Assembly (NCBI GenBank): GCA_905178155.1
Contig: CAJINV010000011.1
Span: forward strand, 1,317,593 to 1,381,592
DNA: 64,000 nucleotides
Source: Amoebophrya sp. A120
Lineage: Eukaryota > Protista > Dinoflagellata
Direction: 5' to 3'
This document shows, piece after piece, positions 57,489 through 64,000 of the stretch. Under the pieces are notes generated by a model. That model did no database searches. It was not told the origin of the DNA and saw only the letters and a program-made list of their open reading frames with translations. Each line of letters opens with the position of its first letter. Within the stretch, counting starts at the first letter, position 1. The position numbers and the translations under genes are program-made.

Positions 57489-59589
57489 ATGTTGTCCCTT
57501 TTGAAATTCGTCCTCTCCACCTCCCACCTTTTCTTCACCACCCTAATCCCGGCGATGAAGACCAAAACCGAGTCCATCGCCGACACCGTCCTCCACCTAC
57601 TCGAGGAGGAGTGCATCCCCTACCCCCGCCCCCAATTCGTCGAGTCGTTGCACACCCTGGCGATGAAGGGCGTGGAAGCGATGCAAGCGCTCCACTTGGA
57701 CGGCCAAGGGCCGGGGATTGCGTTCTTGACCTACATGACGGGAATCTACGAACTGCTCGCCGACCACCCCTACTCCGCGTTCGAGTGCCCGCTGCTTTTG
57801 ACCGCGCATTGCAGGAAAACCGCGGACTTGGCTCTCGCCATCGGGCACCGGAACCGCGCGCGCGTGTTACTGCAGATCGGGAACATGTTTTATCCCGTGC
57901 AAAACTATGACTATCGTAGTACTCGTAGTAATCGCAGTCATGCATTACAAGTCTCTTTCGTAAGGCACATCCGCATTGCAGATTCTACTTTTCGTGCTAA
58001 GGAAATTTGTAATGCAATTCATACTTTACTAGTACGACTACGATGCTTTTGCAATTCATATGTTTAAGCTCTCGGCCATGTCCCGTTGGTGGTCGGTGGT
58101 CGGCGAATACCGGGAGAGAAAGGAAAAACCGCCAAAGGAACTCCAGAGGTTCCACCCCCGGATGCAGATGGACTACTCGCTGGGATTGAGTGTTTTAACG
58201 AGCGACCTGATGGAGAAGCCGCGGGAGTATAAGAGATGGAAAGATAGAAATACAACTACGAGAAATAAAGATTTGAAAATCGACGTCCTCAGCATCTGCG
58301 TCTACAAGCCGGACAACACCTCGAACACGGTTTTGGAATCCCCGCTACCGTATGCATTGCAAAAGTATCGCATTCGTATATTAAACCGCAGCTATGCATG
58401 ACAAACCTAGACTCCATACCTGAATCAGCATTACAAATTCCAACTTTTTTCTTCAAAAAAATTAAATTTGTCTTGCAGTTTATACTAGTGCGATACTTTT
58501 GCAATGCATATATCGCAGATGAGCCCGAAAAACCACCAGCAGTACGTGGATTTCACCGGGTTAAACGGGTATTTCCTCCACACATCGTTATTAACCCCGC
58601 CCGACGTGGAAGCGCACTACAGCAAATTCCTTGCGGTCATGCAGCATCTCTCCGAGCACCCGGAGACAGATTGGGTATTCTTCATCGACTGCGACGCGTT
58701 TTTCACGGATTACGACACCACGGTGCAGGACCTACTCGCAACCTTCGCATATGCTGTGCAAAAATATCGTACTAGTAGGAATCGCATTACAAAGTAGCTT
58801 AACATGAGAAATGGAATTTGTAATGCGGATCTCCCTTAAGATGGAGACTTGTCATGTATGATTGCGATTACTACGAATGCGATACTTTTCCAATGCATAT
58901 CGCAGGGTTAGAAAAAGCCTCGTCGGAAGCCATACTGGCGGAATCAGAATCAGAAGCGGCAGAGCAAGAAGAATCCTCGCCGGTAAACTTCATCGTTGCG
59001 GAGGACACCGGCGGGATAAACACGGGCGTGTTCGCGGTGAAAAATACCCCTTGGTCGATGGAATATTTGTCAAGAGTGACGAAGTCGCCATTTACGACAG
59101 CGTGGGACCAGAGCATGTTCTTCATGGAAATTGTCAACATGACCTTGTGGGACTACTCCGACGACTTCAGGTAATGTAATGAGATGTTGTTGGGCTTGCG
59201 CTTGGGGTGTAGGTATGAAATGTTTCTCGTTCGGTTTTTCCGATCCGACGCATACGCGATCCGTATTTCTCGGTAGCCACCTCATTGTAAAACCAAAACT
59301 CCATATATCGCACAGGTTACCAAAAGAGGTCGTCTTCGTGCACCAATCCCACCTGAACGCGTTTGTCCCCCCTGCAAGTTAGGACTGGCAGGCCTACGAG
59401 TGGCAGCCGGGCGACTACGCCCGGCACTTTGCCGGGTGCCCGTGGCAGGAGGCGCCCTGCCTGAATATGATGTATGAAACCATGGAATTCGTCGAAACGA
59501 ATTTTGGGCCGCAAATGCGGGCCAAGGGCGTAGCAGCGGTCGAAGTGCCGCCGAAGGGAGAGTATGTAACCAGGCTGCCCAGAGGGTGA
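57489..59589 (+). CDS. Glycosyltransferase family 34 (GMA12/MNN10-like); 5' end uncertain
   Basis: YSKFLAVMQHL...DWVFFIDCDAFF (DxD), AEDTGGINTGVFAVKN, WDQSMF, HLNAF, WQPGDYARHFAGCP. Three introners and GT-AG intron 59171-59315. Confidence 0.85.
57891..58060. mobile_element. Introner family A (reverse orientation)
   Basis: TATCCCGTGCAAAA...GATGCTTTTGCAATTCATA, DR TGTTT/TGTTT. Removal gives GNMF|KLSAM. Confidence 0.92.
58351..58510. mobile_element. Introner family A
   Basis: TATGCATTGCAAAAGTATCGCA...TGCGATACTTTTGCAATGCATA, DR TACCG/TATCG. 165 nt removed in frame. Confidence 0.92.
58750..58899. mobile_element. Introner family A
   Basis: TATGCTGTGCAAAAATATCG...CGATACTTTTCCAATGCATA, DR TCGCA/TCGCA. 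Removal gives ATFA|GLEKA. Confidence 0.92.
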
Positions 59590-60019
59590 AGAGACAAAGA
59601 ACCGAGCGATGCTCTTGCCATTTTCTAGATATTGATATTGCTAATGCTATCGCATGATAGTCAGCAAAGTATAGTAAGCAGAAGCTACACCACACCCACG
59701 TGGTCTTCATTGGCGAGGACGATCAACATCGCGAATACACAGATGACACCAGCACATGGCAGAATGCGTGTCGTGCATGTTCGTCAAGCGACTACAACAT
59801 GAGAGAACGGCAACGGCTGAGTCCTCATTGGAATCCTTGAGATCATCAGCAGTGGCGGTGACAAAGATGAGATGCTTCTGCACCTTTATTTGATATCCAA
59901 AGTATGCACAGAGAGGAGATCATATGAACGTTCAGAGTGGAGTGCAGTATTCTTTTCGGCGCTTGTTTAGGTTTCTTAACTCGATGTAGCGCTCAGACTC
60001 AGTGTGAGAAGGGACGAAG

Positions 60020-60549
60020 ATGCCGCGTAAGTGTAAGTCGAATTGCGGGAAGCGCCTGAATGTGTCTGCGCAGTTGCTGGCCTTGCCGATGACCTTGCCG
60101 GGGGACGATCATTTGAGCTGGTGCGTCCGTGCGTATGAGAATTTGCGCGGTACCCAGAACATCCCCCCCAGGATGAGGCGGACCAGAAGGCCGCGCTGGT
60201 GAGTGATGTGGTGGATGCGGATGGCTCGACCTTCGTCTACGTGGAGAAGAAGTTGGTGGAGAAGACGGAGAAGGAGGGGGAGAATGAGAAGGAGGGGGAG
60301 ACGGAGAAGGCGGGTAACGCAGCGGGGAGCAAACATCATCACCATCAGACGAAAAAAAGCGTCAACAAAAATGCGATGAAGATCGTGGACGACGTGTCGA
60401 GGAGGGCGGAGCAGCAGCAGGTGGATCAGGAGATGGAGCGGATGCGCGCGCTGCGGCAGCAAACAGAGCAAGCCCTGGAGATGATGCGGATCCAGAACGA
60501 ACGAAACCGAGAACGGCAGGCGCGGCAGTCCGCCAATGGAGCCGTCTAG
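60020..60549 (+). CDS. Small hypothetical coiled-coil protein; two overlapping frames (possible indel)
   Basis: ORFs 60020-60202 and 60199-60549 overlap. One extra C in the C7 run at 60163-60169 would fuse them. Confidence 0.35.
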
Positions 60550-61169
60550 CTGCCCGCGGCTGCGACGATCACACGAAACGAATGAGAACAAAAGGGGTGC
60601 ACAGCAATCGCGCAGCTAGCTGCCGTTTTTCTTCGTTTCTAGAATGCGTTTTTGAGTTGTCCTCTCAGCAAGTAGTCGTGCAGCTAAGTACTTACTCTTA
60701 TTCACAATTCGAATTCTGCTCACGATTCAAAGACTTCAATTTACTACAGATGCAGCGACTTTTCTTAAAAATAAGAACTGACTTATTCCTCCAATGTCAA
60801 TCACAAATAAATTCACTATAACAGACTCAAACCGATAACGAGCAATGTCAAAAAATCTCCACAAGTTACAAGTTACAGCAGTGTAGAAGGATCTTTCGTC
60901 ACATAAGGTCATAGTGCTGATCCTCAGTTACTCACAGATCGATTCTTCAGGACCCGATCCGCCGAAAAACGAAAGTTAGCCGCTCGCTCGTGACGCACCC
61001 CTATCGGTCTCTAGTGCGGCGCTCTATCGAAAGAGCGTGGTCCTCAGGCGTACTTAATTACAACACACATCAAGGAGCCCTTTTCATTTCATTCGCCTCG
61101 CATCCATTTTTTCCGCTTTGCCTTTCTTCATCATCATCTACAAAAACCCTGAAGATAAACCCAAAAATC

Positions 61170-61916
61170 ATGCCGTCCTGTCTCGTTCCCCTTGCGAACG
61201 GCTCGGAGGAGCTGGAAGCTATCTCAATATGGAATCCGCTGCGCCGCGCGGGTGTCGAGGTCACCATTGCCTCGGTGATGCCCGGCTCGCTGGAAGTGCA
61301 GTGCGCGCGAGGAACGGTGATAAAATGTGACAAACTGATCACAGATTGCCTAGCCGAGAAGTTTGATTGCGTCGCTTTGCCAGGTGGGATGCCAGGGGCA
61401 ACGAATTTTGCGGAGTGCAAAGAATTGGTATAAACGAAAAATCTTTTTGTTACCGATGAAAGCAAAAAGTACGGACACATTTGCTCCTGCTCGTCCTTAT
61501 CGATGCTGATCATGCTGTGGTCGCTCAATGAATCAAAAGTGTTCTGGTGACCCGAGCTACTACTCTTTCTCCCACTTTAAATCAATTAAAAGGTCACGCT
61601 TCTGCAAGAGCGCAAGGCCGCCTCAATGTTGAATGCCGCAATCTGCGCCAGCCCTGCCGTCGTGTTCGCGAGTCACGAGCTGCTTGGCTCCGGAAAGGCC
61701 ACCTGCTACCCCGCGCCGAAATTTCTGGAGATGATGGGTGACAAGCTCGCGCCCGAGGGCACCACGGTAGTGGTGGACGAAAAAGTGGCGACGTCGGTAG
61801 GCCCGGGAACAGCGTTGGAATTCGGGTTGACGCTGGTGGGGTTGCTGTGTGGCAAGGAAAAAGCCGAGGAAATTGCAGCGAGTATGAAATTCCAGGGAAG
61901 CTTGACCGCGCTTTGA
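61170..61916 (+). CDS. DJ-1/PfpI (ThiJ/YajL-like) protein
   Basis: LVPLANGSEELEA...LRRAGVEV...FDCVALPGGMPGA...AAICASP...ATCYP...TSVGPGTALEFGL. GT-AG intron 61428-61592. Confidence 0.92.
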
Positions 61917-61949
61917 AGAGTAAACAGAGTTGAGTCCACCTGTCTATAG

Positions 61950-62197
61950 ATACTCAATCATGAAAATGTATGGCTTAGGCTTTATAATGAACGGCGTAGG
62001 GAATACGGTGGTCAGGTAGGCCAAGGTAGATTAGCATTTAAGAATAGCAGATCAAATGCAGAAAAGTACTCGTACGAGACCCGTATGTAGTCTTCAACTG
62101 CATGCCACTGGAAGCCTGTGTTAGTGTTTCACTTTCAATAATGTCGATAGAATAGGAGACATAGACAGTAAGCGCTGTTACATCCAAAAATCCTTGG
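61950..62197 (+). repeat. 248-bp exact duplicate of 63218-63465 abutting an assembly gap
   Basis: Identical sequence ATACTCAATCATG...AAAATCCTTGG, ending exactly at the N run. Confidence 0.9.
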
Positions 62198-62297
62198 NNN
62201 NNNNNNNNNNNNNNNNNNNNNNNNNNNNNNNNNNNNNNNNNNNNNNNNNNNNNNNNNNNNNNNNNNNNNNNNNNNNNNNNNNNNNNNNNNNNNNNNN
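62198..62297. other. Assembly gap (100 N)
   Basis: Run of N. Confidence 1.
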
Positions 62298-63287
62298 CAT
62301 GGCCCTCAGCATCTTCAAGAACACCGGCAAGGGGGAACTGGATCCAGTTTTCTTGCTCAGGATGAAGATGACCTCTGCGAGAACATCAAGAACCCTCGTG
62401 CTGCTCCTCATCCAGCAAACAAGTCCTCTTCATCCCCTCTGTTGCACCAGCGTAACTTCAAAGTTCTCCGAGAAAGAGACCCAGGTCGATCCGAACAAGA
62501 AGTTTTCGGTGACGATGATGATCAGATGAGCTCCACCTCCAGCTCCTTATCCTGTGCAAAAGTATCGTACTCATAATATTGCATTCATGCATTACAAATT
62601 TTTTTCTCACGGTAAATCCGCATTGCAAATTTTATTTCTCATGCTAAGGGAATTTGTCATGCTCATGCATTCATAATCATACGAGTACGATACTTTTGCA
62701 GTTCATGCTCCTCGCGTTCGGACTATTCAACGAGAAGTACTTCTAGCAGCGCGATGACCGAGCGACTTTTCCTGAGTCCGGACGATAATCCGAACGAACT
62801 AACCTTGGACAAGTTGTTTTCCAACTTTCACGGACCCGAATACAGTTTTCTGACGAGGGGGTTTATTCTCTATTCCTTTTTCCTCTGTGGCGTTGTCGCG
62901 CCGTTGGTGCACATTTTGTACGTTTTAATCGTCAGCGGGGTGCTTGTTCTTCGTTTTCAGGGACTCGACATCCTAGCGGTCGACGAGGGGAAGCATGTTG
63001 AAGCTGGACGACCGCCGCGTCTTGGTAATAGAAAAGCACACCAGCGGTCCCTCTGTTCTATGCGCCGTGGAGGTCCACGCGACAAGTCGACAAGAGCCTG
63101 TGGTTCGCTTGGTCGTTGGAAGACTGGGCAAGAGGCGCCGGTGACGAGCCAACGGACCAGCCAGACTGGATCTTCAATTTTCAGCTACGACAAAGCAGAC
63201 GATGTCGAAGAGAATATATACTCAATCATGAAAATGTATGGCTTAGGCTTTATAATGAACGGCGTAGGGAATACGGTGGTCAGGTAG
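62298..63287 (+). CDS. 3' part of a hypothetical membrane protein (5' end lost in the gap)
   Basis: Frame is open from the gap across introner 62548-62707 into ORF 62754. Hydrophobic stretch GFILYSFFLCGVVAPLVHILYVLIVSGVLVL. Confidence 0.55.
62548..62707. mobile_element. Introner family A (reverse orientation)
   Basis: TATCCTGTGCAAAAGTATCGTACTC...GAGTACGATACTTTTGCAGTTCATG, DR CTCCT/CTCCT. 165 nt removed in frame. Confidence 0.92.
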
Positions 63288-64000
63288 GCCAAGGTAGATT
63301 AGCATTTAAGAATAGCAGATCAAATGCAGAAAAGTACTCGTACGAGACCCGTATGTAGTCTTCAACTGCATGCCACTGGAAGCCTGTGTTAGTGTTTCAC
63401 TTTCAATAATGTCGATAGAATAGGAGACATAGACAGTAAGCGCTGTTACATCCAAAAATCCTTGGTTGTCTCTCGCAACAAGGGAAAATTGTTGATTATT
63501 GTGGCAGCAGAGTCGGAAGACGAAGACCATCGAGGAGCGGAGAGATAGCGTAGGAGCGAGAGAACACAATGGTTTGCCAACCCTAACTACCAAAGCCCGA
63601 CTCATTCCGTGTGGGGACCAAGACCATGGTGTTTCAGTTTCTGTTTCCCTGACTCTGCAGGACACATGCGACATATAGGAAGTTTGCTCACGTGGCCATA
63701 TAGGAGCAGTTGCGGGCTGACCCGTGCAGTTTCGCCTTTTCGTAATCCGACGAGCAACATGAACTTTCCCATCTTTATCATGAAAATACAATATTTATAG
63801 GAAGGTTGCTCAAGCTATTTAATCTTGAAAATGTGCGGCGATGAAGCCATGACATTGCAATATGCGCCAGCACAAATATGCTTGCATAGTTTTCATTGCA
63901 ATTCAGTCCGATGTCCTTTCTCGGTGATTTTCATAAAGCGCCAGCAGAGCCCGTGCAGTCGGTTTGCCTGTACAGTTTGACAAAGGAGCGTCCCGTCGGT

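Noticed and set aside
2808-62707. Dispersed palindromic repeats as a CRISPR array or bacterial REP elements
   Set aside because: There is no repeat-spacer periodicity and no cas genes. The context is eukaryotic with spliceosomal introns, and the repeats are paired TIRs with target duplications.
61950-63465. 248-bp perfect direct repeat as an LTR or recent duplication
   Set aside because: The first copy ends exactly at a 100-N gap and copies the end of the neighbouring ORF. A scaffolding artefact is more likely.
1-64000. Autonomous transposase, tRNA or rRNA genes
   Set aside because: No DDE, reverse transcriptase or tyrosine-recombinase motifs and no structured RNA genes were recognised by eye. 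A dedicated scan was not possible.

Overview
This is eukaryotic, intron-rich, gene-dense DNA, and every credible gene lies on the + strand. The architecture matches what is published for the parasitic dinoflagellate Amoebophrya (Syndiniales); that identification is inferred, not database-checked. About 13 genes can be modelled. They include a very large Cid1/Trf4-type nucleotidyltransferase, an SDR39U1/TIGR01777-like epimerase, three tandem paralogs of an unknown family with a ubiquitin-like N-terminus, an ankyrin protein, a PWI-like/SH3-like protein, a USP4/11/15-type deubiquitinase, a UBA-UIM-UBX protein, a coiled-coil EF-hand protein, a GT34 glycosyltransferase and DJ-1/PfpI. The dominant feature is 26 short (139-389 bp) non-autonomous elements in 5 terminal-inverted-repeat (TIR) families. 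They begin TAT and end ATA (four copies carry a terminal substitution), are flanked by a 5-bp direct repeat (DR), and all sit inside coding exons. In every case, removing the element plus one DR copy restores the reading frame, often through a conserved motif. Only 3 of 26 can be given GT/GC-AG ends, and one family is present in both orientations. They therefore behave as transposon-derived non-canonical introns (introners), and their removal appears to be guided by structure. All five families share an internal repeated motif GCATNA(C/G)A. Coordinates and splice models were derived by hand, with no RNA data.
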